Shown here one piece after another: positions 1 through 7,514 of a DNA stretch of 64,000 bases (positions are counted from its first letter, which is position 1; the number at the start of each line of letters is the position of its first letter). Below the pieces are notes generated by a model. That model worked only from the letters and a program-made list of their open reading frames with translations. It had not been told where the DNA came from and made no database searches. The stretch spans positions 256,001-320,000 of the forward strand of contig JACPJW010000001.1 in NCBI GenBank assembly GCA_016187335.1. Reading direction: 5' to 3'. The DNA comes from Candidatus Aenigmatarchaeota archaeon (GTDB lineage: Archaea > Aenigmatarchaeota > Aenigmatarchaeia > GW2011-AR5). The position numbers were made by a program, and so were the translations under genes.

Positions 1-491
1 CCTTCCAGGATGTCTTTTTCCCTGACGGCAATCTTGGAGCTGCCTTTGACAACATAGCATACGCCAAAGTGAACCTTGCCCACGTCGTTGCTGTCGTCGT
101 TGATAAAGCCAAGGGGTTTCGGGCTGAAGCGGCCGCGATAGCGGACCTCTTCAAAGAATTCCCGTTCCAGGGCCTTGCCAATTATTTCAGAAATTTTGCC
201 GTCCTCTTCCCTTATATGCCCGCCGACGCCGATGCTGTACAAATTGTGCAGCCTTGCTTCGCCGCTGTTTTTCAGGCGCTGCATCATAAAAACCCTGGTT
301 CCGTGGATAAAAATAATGTAAGGTATTATCTGCTTCAGTGAAGGGTCTTCTTCTACTTCATCCCTGTTTTTGAAGAAAGCATGCCTTTTGATTTCCTCAA
401 GCAATTTTTCGTTCCCTTCGTAAGGAATAAACCCCTGGAAATCCTTCTTGAGCAGGAATTTCCTCGGGACGACCATTATTTTTTCTTGCAT
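1..491 (-). CDS. Predicted NUDIX-family phosphoesterase (COG4112-like), 3' end beyond the window edge
   Basis: Manual translation from ATG at 491: MQEKIMVVPRK...EEDPSLKQIIPY...EARLHNLYSIGVGGHI...REFFEEV...INDDSNDVGKVHFG. Not in the ORF track because it runs off the window. Confidence 0.8.
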   Translation of the reverse strand, partial: MQEKIMVVPRKFLLKKDFQGFIPYEGNEKLLEEIKRHAFFKNRDEVEEDPSLKQIIPYIIFIHGTRVFMMQRLKNSGEARLHNLYSIGVGGHIREEDGKISEIIGKALEREFFEEVRYRGRFSPKPLGFINDDSNDVGKVHFGVCYVVKGSSKIAVREKDILE

Positions 492-493
492 AT

Positions 494-575
494 TTTTCCG
501 CCAGCGCTTTATCTCATAATATTTTTCTTTCCGTGCACGCTTTTTTTGATGAAACTTTTTTCTAAAAAGTTTCAA
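494..575. repeat. Intergenic composite copy of the hairpin repeat family (TTTTCCGCCAGCGCTTT plus ATAATATTTT...CCGT..ACGCTTTT plus AAACTTTT/AAAAGTTT hairpin)
   Basis: Shares motifs with 632-677, 765-806, 3501-3547, 3595-3611, 4747-4796 and 43374-43419. Confidence 0.75.
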
Positions 576-821
576 TGGGTCGGGGCGGATTCGAACCGCC
601 GGCTTATGCCTCTCATACCCTTGTGACAGTATTTTCCGCCAGCGCTTTTTTGATCAAACTTTTTCTAAAAGTTTGAAAGGGCTGTAAGGGCATCGTCATC
701 TGTGGTTCGTAGTCTGCGAACCAAGATCTCAAAGACCTACGGTCTTTGCAGATAACCAATTTCTGAACTTTCTTTTGATAGAACTTTTCTTTCTAAGAAA
801 AGTTCTCTAGACCACCGACCC
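576..821 (-). tRNA. tRNA-Val(TAC) with three introns (759-806 at 15/16; about 698-751 near 21/22; 612-682 at 37/38)
   Basis: Removing the three introns gives a complete cloverleaf, GGGTCGGTGGTCTAGTGGTTATGACGATGCCCTTACAAGGCATAAGCCGGCGGTTCGAATCCGCCCCGACCCA. Anticodon at 686-684. Relaxed bulge-helix-bulge motifs can be drawn at the 15/16 and 37/38 junctions. Confidence 0.9.
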
Positions 822-823
822 AG

Positions 824-1267
824 TCATAAACGCATCGCTAATTTTATTTCTTGCGCTTTTTCTATCCATAAAGGTATGCTACCAAACGAGAACTTTTTAT
901 TATAGGTATTATCCGAATCCGATGAAACCGGCAAAACCCATTCGAATTTGACATTCTCGTCGCTCAATTTAATAGATGACATTTCGGTAGTAGCTAAATA
1001 AATGACACCTATCCTTATTTTCTTATCCCAAAATTTTGCGATATCGACATAAACAGGATAAATTTCATCTGGAACTATTTTTGTTTCTTCTTCGACTTCA
1101 CGTAAGATCGCCTGTTCAAGCGTTTCACCTAGATGTACTTTCCCGCCCGGCAGGTCCTAGGTGCCGGATTTATGGCCATACTTCTTACCTGCCTGAAGCA
1201 GCAGTACCTTGTCATTCCTGAATATCACGATTTTCTGAAACACGCCGTCTGGGATGAATTCAGCCAT
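824..1267 (-). pseudogene. NUDIX hydrolase pseudogene
   Basis: MAEFIPDGVFQKIVIF...SGT*DLPGGKVHLGETLEQAILREVEEET. In-frame TAG (1157-1159) where Trp is expected just before the Nudix box, plus an apparent +1 frameshift in an A-run near 1020. Confidence 0.75.
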
Positions 1268-1269
1268 GC

Positions 1270-1830
1270 TTATTCCTCGTGAAGGTATTTGTCAAGCGGA
1301 TGGTGCTCTTTTTCATAGTATTTCAGTGCTTCCTCTATAATCGAGATGTCCTTGGCTTTGGCGCCGCTGGAGAAAAATTCAACAATGAAAGATGCCGCCT
1401 CGTCCGCGTCCGCGGCGACCTTGTCGCATGTTAGTTTGACAAAGGGATGAATCCAGTCTCTGAATACCTTGCCCATGATTTTCTTTTCATGCCTGTTGAA
1501 GCGTCCTCCTTTAGGCGCTATGCCTATCAGAGGCTTCTTGAAATGCTTTGCTATAAGCATTTCCTGCGAGGCTCCGATGCCAATGTCGTCTGCAAGGTTT
1601 ACAATTACTATGTCTGCGGATTTTATCATGAACGCATCCCTGCCCACAACGAACCGCTCGTTATTGTCGTCAAAATAAGAACCGTCGTGGTATTTCGAAG
1701 GGTCTAGATTGATTATTTCGAAGCCCGTCTTCTCCGTGAGCTTTTTGCATAAGCTGTCACGCCAGTCATGCGCACCTTCTTCCGGCTCTGTTATGCTTCC
1801 TGCGACGTAAATCTTTATTTTTCTTGTCAT
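1270..1830 (-). CDS. Nucleoside 2-deoxyribosyltransferase (Ndt/RCL)-like protein
   Basis: KIYVAGS...D...SADIVIVN...GASQEMLIA...KPLIG pattern. Start placed at MTRKIK (1830), overlapping the upstream NUDIX stop. Confidence 0.65.
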   Translation of the reverse strand: MTRKIKIYVAGSITEPEEGAHDWRDSLCKKLTEKTGFEIINLDPSKYHDGSYFDDNNERFVVGRDAFMIKSADIVIVNLADDIGIGASQEMLIAKHFKKPLIGIAPKGGRFNRHEKKIMGKVFRDWIHPFVKLTCDKVAADADEAASFIVEFFSSGAKAKDISIIEEALKYYEKEHHPLDKYLHEE

Positions 1831-2285
1831 AATTCCCTTACCTCGTGTTTTAGCAGCTTTTTCGCGTCCTTGTCGAAATAAAAGCGCCCGTGGAATTTCC
1901 TGCCGCTGAGCATCAGCGGCATCCAGACGGCGTCGTCCGGCCACATGTCCTTGTACGGCACTTTGCTTACTGGAAACCATTTGGGCGCGGCTTCCTTTGT
2001 TTCCTTTTCAATGCCGTCGTAGTCATCGGCAACAAAAACATGGACATGCCAGTTTACGACATCATACTGCCCGAAGAAAAACTCCAGTTCGCCTGCTTTT
2101 CTGGGGTTGTCCGGGACTATGCCTGTTTCTTCCAAAACCTCGCGCGACGCCGCTTCCGCTATATCCTCGTTCATCCCTACCTTGCCGCCGGGGCCGTTCC
2201 ATTTGCCGGCGCCGAAGCCGCGCTTCTTCTGTATCAGCAGCACCTTGCCGGCCTTGATGACGTAGCATAACGTAGCAGTTGTCAT
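1827..2285 (-). CDS. NUDIX hydrolase, MTH1/8-oxo-dGTPase-like
   Basis: KKRGFGAGKWNGPGGKV...AASREVLEETG Nudix box and the MWPDDAVW motif typical of the MTH1 subfamily. Confidence 0.85.
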   Translation of the reverse strand: MTTATLCYVIKAGKVLLIQKKRGFGAGKWNGPGGKVGMNEDIAEAASREVLEETGIVPDNPRKAGELEFFFGQYDVVNWHVHVFVADDYDGIEKETKEAAPKWFPVSKVPYKDMWPDDAVWMPLMLSGRKFHGRFYFDKDAKKLLKHEVREL

Positions 2286-2289
2286 AGCA

Positions 2290-2616
2290 TCACTCCGGTC
2301 TTTTATGGAATCCTCCATCATCAAGCCTGCGATTCACTTTCTCGTATTTTTCCAACAGGATTTTTTCCGGGTCAGCGCCCAGCTCGGAAAGCAGCAGAAA
2401 GCCGAAGGTTATCACGTCGGCTGCTTCTTCCGCAAGGTCTTTGAAAAACTCTTCCTTGCTTATGGGGTCCCCTCTCTTCAGCTTTTTGACATTGTTGAGC
2501 ACCTCGCCCGCTTCCCCGCCCATTGCTATGGAGTAAAATTCCCAGTTGAACGCCTTGTTCTTGTCGTGCTTCCTGTCCCTTTCGTGAGCAATCCTTGCGA
2601 ACTCGTTTATGTGCAT
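2290..2616 (-). CDS. MazG-like nucleotide pyrophosphohydrolase
   Basis: GEAGEVLNNVKK...LAEEAADV MazG EXXE/EXXD pattern. Confidence 0.75.
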   Translation of the reverse strand: MHINEFARIAHERDRKHDKNKAFNWEFYSIAMGGEAGEVLNNVKKLKRGDPISKEEFFKDLAEEAADVITFGFLLLSELGADPEKILLEKYEKVNRRLDDGGFHKRPE

Positions 2617-2617
2617 A

Positions 2618-3466
2618 TCAGACCACACTCCCAAGCCATTTTAGCACCGCTGCGCTTAATTCCTTTTCCCTGCCTTCAAAGCTGTGGTTGGCGCCTTTGA
2701 TTATTTCCCATGCAAATTTTCCGGACCTGGTCTTGCCGGCAAGTATTTCCATATAAGTTTTAACGGGCTTTACTGCGTACTCTTCCTTTGAGCCGAAGAC
2801 GGCAAGCATCGGTATCTTGATTTTGGAAAATATTTTCAGGCCGGAGTCGTAATTGAACAGCTGTGCTTCCGTGTTTTCAGGGTCTGCAAAACTCAGGAAC
2901 CGCTTGGGTGCGAAGCCCCAGAATTCTTTCAAAAGAACTTCTTTACCAGTCATCTTTTTTGCCTTTTTTACAATCTTATCGAAACCCTTTCCTGCCTGCT
3001 TTCTTGCTATGTTGTAATCATCGGCAGGCGCAAGAAGAACCAGTGCCTTCACATTCTTGTCCTTGGTTTTGTATTGATAGAAAGTTATCTTCTGGCATCC
3101 CGTGCTGTGCCCCATTAAGATGATATTTTCATATCCAAGATCTTGCACAGCCTTGACCGAGCCCTTTATGTCGTGTATGCAGTCTTCAAACCTTTCCTTT
3201 GCCGTGCCGAAATACAGGCTTTTTTTGCTGCCTTTTTTGTCAAAACGAAAAACTACTCCCAGTCCCCGGTTACTGGGTAGAAAAAGGTCAAAATTATTTT
3301 TCTTTATTTCATTTACCATGTCTTCGGTTATTGACCATGCAAAGAAACTGTCTGTCATCCCGAATACGTTTATGATTACATTCTTCGTTTTCCTGCCTGA
3401 TTTGAACAGCAAACCCGACAATGCAAGACCGTCCGACGCGTAAAACTTCACGAGTTCTGCTTTCAT
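2618..3466 (-). CDS. Alpha/beta hydrolase (DUF1749-like)
   Basis: GHSTGCQK nucleophile elbow and GANHSF His motif. Start moved to MKAELV (3466) because the longer ORF overlaps tRNA-Ser. Confidence 0.8.
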   Translation of the reverse strand: MKAELVKFYASDGLALSGLLFKSGRKTKNVIINVFGMTDSFFAWSITEDMVNEIKKNNFDLFLPSNRGLGVVFRFDKKGSKKSLYFGTAKERFEDCIHDIKGSVKAVQDLGYENIILMGHSTGCQKITFYQYKTKDKNVKALVLLAPADDYNIARKQAGKGFDKIVKKAKKMTGKEVLLKEFWGFAPKRFLSFADPENTEAQLFNYDSGLKIFSKIKIPMLAVFGSKEEYAVKPVKTYMEILAGKTRSGKFAWEIIKGANHSFEGREKELSAAVLKWLGSVV

Positions 3467-3469
3467 GAG

Positions 3470-3670
3470 CGCTGGGAGAGGGAATTTCCCGACCCTTTCC
3501 ATAATATTTTCTTTTCCGTCGACGCTTTTCTTTCCAAAAGAAAAGGGTCGCTTTGAACCCTCGCGGGCTTTCGCCCACAGGATGTTTACAAGCCTTTCCG
3601 CCAGCGCTTTTCACGTTAGCAAAAAGGGCTGTAGCAATCCTGCGCCGTAACCAGGCTTGGCTATCCCAGC
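3470..3670 (-). tRNA. tRNA-Ser(GCT) with two introns (3584-3631 at 37/38; 3484-3551 at 59/60 in the T-loop)
   Basis: Spliced sequence GCTGGGATAGCCAAGCCTGGTTACGGCGCAGGATTGCTAATCCTGTGGGCGAAAGCCCGCGAGGGTTCAAATCCCTCTCCCAGCG has the acceptor stem, long variable arm and G73. Anticodon at 3635-3633. BHB-like junctions. Confidence 0.9.
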
Positions 3671-3786
3671 TTCTAACCTCATTTCCTTCTTAATATTTTT
3701 AAAGAGGCTTTGTGACACGACTTTTAAGCAAAAACAGCCAGACATCTTTATATTCATGTTAAGCGTATATTATGCAAGGTGATGGC

Positions 3787-4086
3787 ATGGCCATAAACGT
3801 GAAGAGCTATTCCGAATTGACCCGCAAAGATGTTTTTACTGACAAGGGCGTTTACGCCGGCAAGGTCGTTGACGTTGGTCTTGACCTGGAAAGGTTCCGG
3901 GTGCGCTCCCTGGTCGTTGACGCCGTGCGCGGCTCGTTTCTGGCTAATTTGGTAGGCGACAAGAAAGGCGTCGTGATTCCTTTCACGATGGTCAGGAGCG
4001 TCGGCGACATCGTGCTGATAAAGCACATACAGCCGATGATGGAAGAAGAGCAGCCTGCAGCAGCAGAAGCAACGGCAAGGGCTTAA
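3787..4086 (+). CDS. PRC-barrel domain protein
   Basis: DVFTDKGVYAGKVVDV...GVVIPFTMVRSVGDIVLIK is the archaeal PRC-barrel pattern. GGTGA ribosome-binding site upstream. Confidence 0.85.
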   Translation: MAINVKSYSELTRKDVFTDKGVYAGKVVDVGLDLERFRVRSLVVDAVRGSFLANLVGDKKGVVIPFTMVRSVGDIVLIKHIQPMMEEEQPAAAEATARA

Positions 4087-4217
4087 GTTTTTTCTTTGAC
4101 CTGATTTATCTATGCGTATCGCAGGTTACGTCCAGATCTGCGTAGGTTCCCCCCAGTCTGGGATTTTGCGCTAAAATCATGCTATCTTTTAATACGTTAA
4201 CCAACAAAATATGCACG

Positions 4218-4745
4218 ATGACTAGTTTTCTTCTTTACGGCCGGGGCGGGCAGGGAGTTGAAACGGCTGTGCGGATTCTGGGCAATGCCCTGCATTCTTC
4301 TGGCATGAATGTCCAGGACTTCGTTCTTTCCGGCATGGAGAGGCGCGGCTTCCCTGTGGAAGGTTACGTGAAATCCGAGAAAGTCCCTATAATTTCAAAG
4401 GACGTCGCGAGCCCTGATTTTCTTCTTGTCTTTGATACCACGCTGCCTCTGGACAACATGCTGAAGCAGTGCAACGAAAAGGCTGCTGTAATTTTCAACT
4501 CAAAGGACCATGTAAAGAATCCGCTGCTGAGAAAGCTGCCGGTAAAAACCTATTTTGTGAATGCCAGCGAAATATCCTACAACTACATGAGGGCAATAAT
4601 GCCCAACACCGCCATGCTGGGCGCGCTGGCGAAGATAAACCCGAAAATAACCTCGAAGAGCCTGAAAAACGCGATGCAGCTGCCCATGCAGCAGGAGAAC
4701 TTGAAAGCCTTTGACGAAGGCTACAGGAACCTGAAAAGGAACTAG
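4218..4745 (+). CDS. Pyruvate/2-oxoacid:ferredoxin oxidoreductase gamma subunit
   Basis: YGRGGQGV, ERRGFPV and NTAMLGA motifs. Confidence 0.85.
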   Translation: MTSFLLYGRGGQGVETAVRILGNALHSSGMNVQDFVLSGMERRGFPVEGYVKSEKVPIISKDVASPDFLLVFDTTLPLDNMLKQCNEKAAVIFNSKDHVKNPLLRKLPVKTYFVNASEISYNYMRAIMPNTAMLGALAKINPKITSKSLKNAMQLPMQQENLKAFDEGYRNLKRN

Positions 4746-4746
4746 T

Positions 4747-4796
4747 GAACTTTTCAGAAAAGTTCAATCAAAACGGTAGAACTTCTCAGAGTTCTA
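4747..4796. repeat. Intergenic double-hairpin copy of the repeat family
   Basis: GAACTTTTC-A-GAAAAGTTC-AATCAAAA matches tRNA-Val intron 1 (GAACTTTTC...GAAAAGTTC-TATCAAAA). Followed by a second palindrome, TAGAACT-TCTCAG-AGTTCTA. Confidence 0.7.
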
Positions 4797-4829
4797 TCGT
4801 GCTCGGAATGGACAGGATGCGTGCTTGAT

Positions 4830-5105
4830 ATGAAAAGTGAAAATGAGATGAAGTACGACGAGAAGAAGCTGCCGGTAGGCGAGGGCATGGAAAAACCCAG
4901 TGTCGCTGAATGGCGGCAGTTCACGCCCAAAATTGACCTTAAGACGTGCACGAAGGATTACAGCTGCGTTGTTTTCTGCCCGCACAACGCCATCAGCATC
5001 AGGAAAGACGGGTTCCCTGAAATAGATTACGACAGGTGCACAGGCTGCCTGATATGCCTGAGGGAATGCCCCGTTTCTGCGATTTCTGAGGAGAAGAATT
5101 TGTAA
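4830..5105 (+). CDS. 2-oxoacid:ferredoxin oxidoreductase delta (ferredoxin) subunit
   Basis: WRQFTPKIDLKTC, CTKDYSCVVFCP and CTGCLICLRECP. Start uncertain (4821, 4830 or 4848). Confidence 0.85.
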   Translation: MKSENEMKYDEKKLPVGEGMEKPSVAEWRQFTPKIDLKTCTKDYSCVVFCPHNAISIRKDGFPEIDYDRCTGCLICLRECPVSAISEEKNL

Positions 5106-5117
5106 AGAGGATGGATT

Positions 5118-6191
5118 ATGAGCCCGTTGCTAAGCTATTACGAAGCAGCAGCGCATGCCGCCGCGCTTTCTGCTGTTGAGACCGTCCCTGTATTGCCCGC
5201 GCCGCTGGCAGCCGAAGCTTTCAAAGCAATGCGAAAAATACACCAGTGCGATTACGTTGACGTTGAATCGCAGAGCGCGATGCTCGCTTATGCCATGGCT
5301 TCCACCATAGCTGAAAGGCGTTCCTTCACAGCCTCTTCGAACATTTACGCGCTCAACGAAGCCCACCAGGCGTCTTTCATGAGACTGCCTCTGGTCGCAA
5401 CGAACTTTTCGCGCTCTCTGGGAACCTTCACGACAAGAAGCGATTTGACGGATTTATTTTCCTTGCGCGACGCGGGCTGGCTGCTGTTCATTGCCGAGAG
5501 CCCGCAGGAACTGCTTGACACGATAATAATGGCTTACAGGGTATGCGAGGACAACAAGGTGCTGCTGCCGGCTTTGGTGAACGTGGACGGCATAGCCAAC
5601 ATGCGCGAGGTTGTGAATGTCCCGAACAGGAAAATCATAGAAAACATGCTCCCTAAGCTGCGCCTCCCGAGAAAGCTGAAGGACAACAACGTTTTCGGCC
5701 CTCCTGTTTTTGACGAATACCAGGAATTCCGCGAGCAGCAGCAGCTGGCGATGATGAATGCAAAAAAGATGATAAAGACCGCAGGCGAAAAGTGGAAAGA
5801 AAAGTTCAAAAGGAATTATGGCCTTGTTGAAAAATTCTACGCTGATGATGCGGATTATATTCTTGTCACAGCAGGCTTCTATTCGTCATCAGCAAAAAGC
5901 TTTGTTCTGAAAGCAAGGCAGCAGGGCGAGAAAGTAGGCTTGCTGCGCATTCGCGTCGCGAGGCCTTGGCCGTCCGAGGATGTTGCCGATGCCGTGAAGA
6001 ACGCGAAGAAAGCAGCTGTGATAGACAGGGGCGTGTCGCTGGGCTCAACGGGCTTTATGCACAACGAGGTGCGCGCTTCGCACGGCTTTGCTTCTTCATT
6101 TGTCAGCTACAAGCCGCTGGCGGAAAAGGACTTCGCCGACGTCCTGGCAAAACTGAAGAAGCAGGAAAAGCCCGAGACGGTTTGGTTCTAG
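5118..6191 (+). CDS. 2-oxoacid:ferredoxin oxidoreductase alpha subunit (degenerate)
   Basis: RDAGW..AESPQE..D...AYRVCED.KVLLP and KVGLLRIRVARPWP are conserved. The YPITP and ESEH motifs are altered. Confidence 0.8.
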   Translation: MSPLLSYYEAAAHAAALSAVETVPVLPAPLAAEAFKAMRKIHQCDYVDVESQSAMLAYAMASTIAERRSFTASSNIYALNEAHQASFMRLPLVATNFSRSLGTFTTRSDLTDLFSLRDAGWLLFIAESPQELLDTIIMAYRVCEDNKVLLPALVNVDGIANMREVVNVPNRKIIENMLPKLRLPRKLKDNNVFGPPVFDEYQEFREQQQLAMMNAKKMIKTAGEKWKEKFKRNYGLVEKFYADDADYILVTAGFYSSSAKSFVLKARQQGEKVGLLRIRVARPWPSEDVADAVKNAKKAAVIDRGVSLGSTGFMHNEVRASHGFASSFVSYKPLAEKDFADVLAKLKKQEKPETVWF

Positions 6192-6811
6192 CGGAACTTC
6201 GAACTGTACTTAATAGGCAATACAGGTACTAGCTGTTTTGCGACATGTTGGGCTTGTGGAAGCGTCCTATATTTTACTTCAGGTGAATAGTTTGTTGTGG
6301 CATCCTGCGTTGGATTAAGAACAGTTAAATCGTATTGGTCGGACAATTGCCAGCGGTGATTGCCAGGCCAAACCCATTCTGCAGATCCTCTATTTACAAT
6401 CTTAACGAGCGGATATTCAGATGCTTTATCATAGCCTCGCATCTTCGAGAAACCGAACTGTACGATATCCAATCCTGTCATCCCGTCAAAATTTAATCTT
6501 ACTATTGGATAACGATTTTCAGGTCTGGCTGGATCATTTAAATTAACAAATTCGCCAGCATCAACTTTAACACTATGGCCAGCTATTAATTCAGTTCTTA
6601 TCCCAAGGATATCAGAAAGGGCTCTTCTTAAGTAGGGCTCGAAAACTTTCATCCTTTCGACTGGAAATACATAATATCGGCTGTAATGCAATTCTATTTC
6701 TTCGATACCTCGCAACACATCGAGAACTTTAGCTGTTTCCTCTGCTCTCAGCGTTGCGTCAAGTTGCCACTCGTCTCCTATCAACTTTTCACGCTGCTCC
6801 AGTCTTACCAT
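6188..6811 (-). CDS. Hypothetical protein
   Basis: 207-aa ORF with no recognisable motif, on the opposite strand within the oxidoreductase gene set. Confidence 0.6.
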   Translation of the reverse strand: MVRLEQREKLIGDEWQLDATLRAEETAKVLDVLRGIEEIELHYSRYYVFPVERMKVFEPYLRRALSDILGIRTELIAGHSVKVDAGEFVNLNDPARPENRYPIVRLNFDGMTGLDIVQFGFSKMRGYDKASEYPLVKIVNRGSAEWVWPGNHRWQLSDQYDLTVLNPTQDATTNYSPEVKYRTLPQAQHVAKQLVPVLPIKYSSKFR

Positions 6812-6893
6812 ACAAAGTCTATTGACAAAACCTTTTTAAGGCTAAATCTCTGAAATCGGTGCATTACCTTATGAATACAATTTAATTACGTCC

Positions 6894-7328
6894 TCATAAG
6901 TCAGCTTCCTTCATTTTTTCGGAGAAGCCCCTTATCGTCTCGAACATGCCTCTTATTCTCTTGCGAAGCACTTCCTCCTGCCCGGAAATGAAGTACCACG
7001 TGGAATATTCGCCGAATTTCCTGTCAAGAACATACCGCTTCACCGGCTCTCCCCGCTTTCCGCTTATCAGGAACAGCTCGTTGTGCTTGGGAAAGCTGTT
7101 TTTCAGTTCAGCAGCCGGCAGCGGCCCTTTTTGCTGCAGAAAGGAGAGAAAATCCGTGACGTTGCCGGCTTCAGGCTTCCTGAGCCCTTTGACCCAGTGG
7201 TAGACGGCAGAATAAGAAATATTGAGTTTTTCAGCTATTTCCCTGACGCTCTTTCCTTCTTCGTGAAGCTGCATGGCCCTTTCGTAATTCCTGTCGTAGA
7301 ACTCCTTTCCCCGGCGCATGCTTTTCAT
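6894..7328 (-). CDS. Helix-turn-helix DNA-binding protein
   Basis: GKSVREIAEKLNISYSAVYHWVKG HTH motif. Confidence 0.75.
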   Translation of the reverse strand: MKSMRRGKEFYDRNYERAMQLHEEGKSVREIAEKLNISYSAVYHWVKGLRKPEAGNVTDFLSFLQQKGPLPAAELKNSFPKHNELFLISGKRGEPVKRYVLDRKFGEYSTWYFISGQEEVLRKRIRGMFETIRGFSEKMKEADL

Positions 7329-7362
7329 ATGTACACTTGATTTTTGGTTTTGTTTTGATGAA

Positions 7363-7432
7363 AGCGGCTCAGGAGCTACCCGTGGTAATCATCGCTTTCG
7401 CGTCAAACTGGGACAGTCTCTTCATTGCCGCT
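7363..7432 (-). ncRNA. Box C/D guide sRNA
   Basis: AGCGGC-A-[C: ATGAAGA]-GACTGTCCCAGT-[D': TTGA]-CGC GAAA GCG-[C': ATGATTA]-CCACGGGTAGCTC-[D: CTGA]-GCCGCT: all four boxes, 12-13 nt guides, a terminal stem and a GNRA hairpin. TATA-like TTAAAGATATAA upstream. Confidence 0.8.
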
Positions 7433-7514
7433 CCTAATTAGGGCAAGAATGCTTATATCTTTAAGGGCAGAGCTCTGCTTCTCTTTATAAATTTTCTTTC
7501 CCAAGAGATGCTTC

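Noticed and set aside
494-806. CRISPR array
   Set aside because: The repeats are neither regularly spaced nor identical, there are no unique spacers of constant length, and no cas genes are in the window.
3467-3502. N-terminal extension MERVGKFPLPAL of ORF 2618-3502
   Set aside because: It overlaps the tRNA-Ser 3' exon and T-loop intron; MKAELV at 3466 is the more plausible start.
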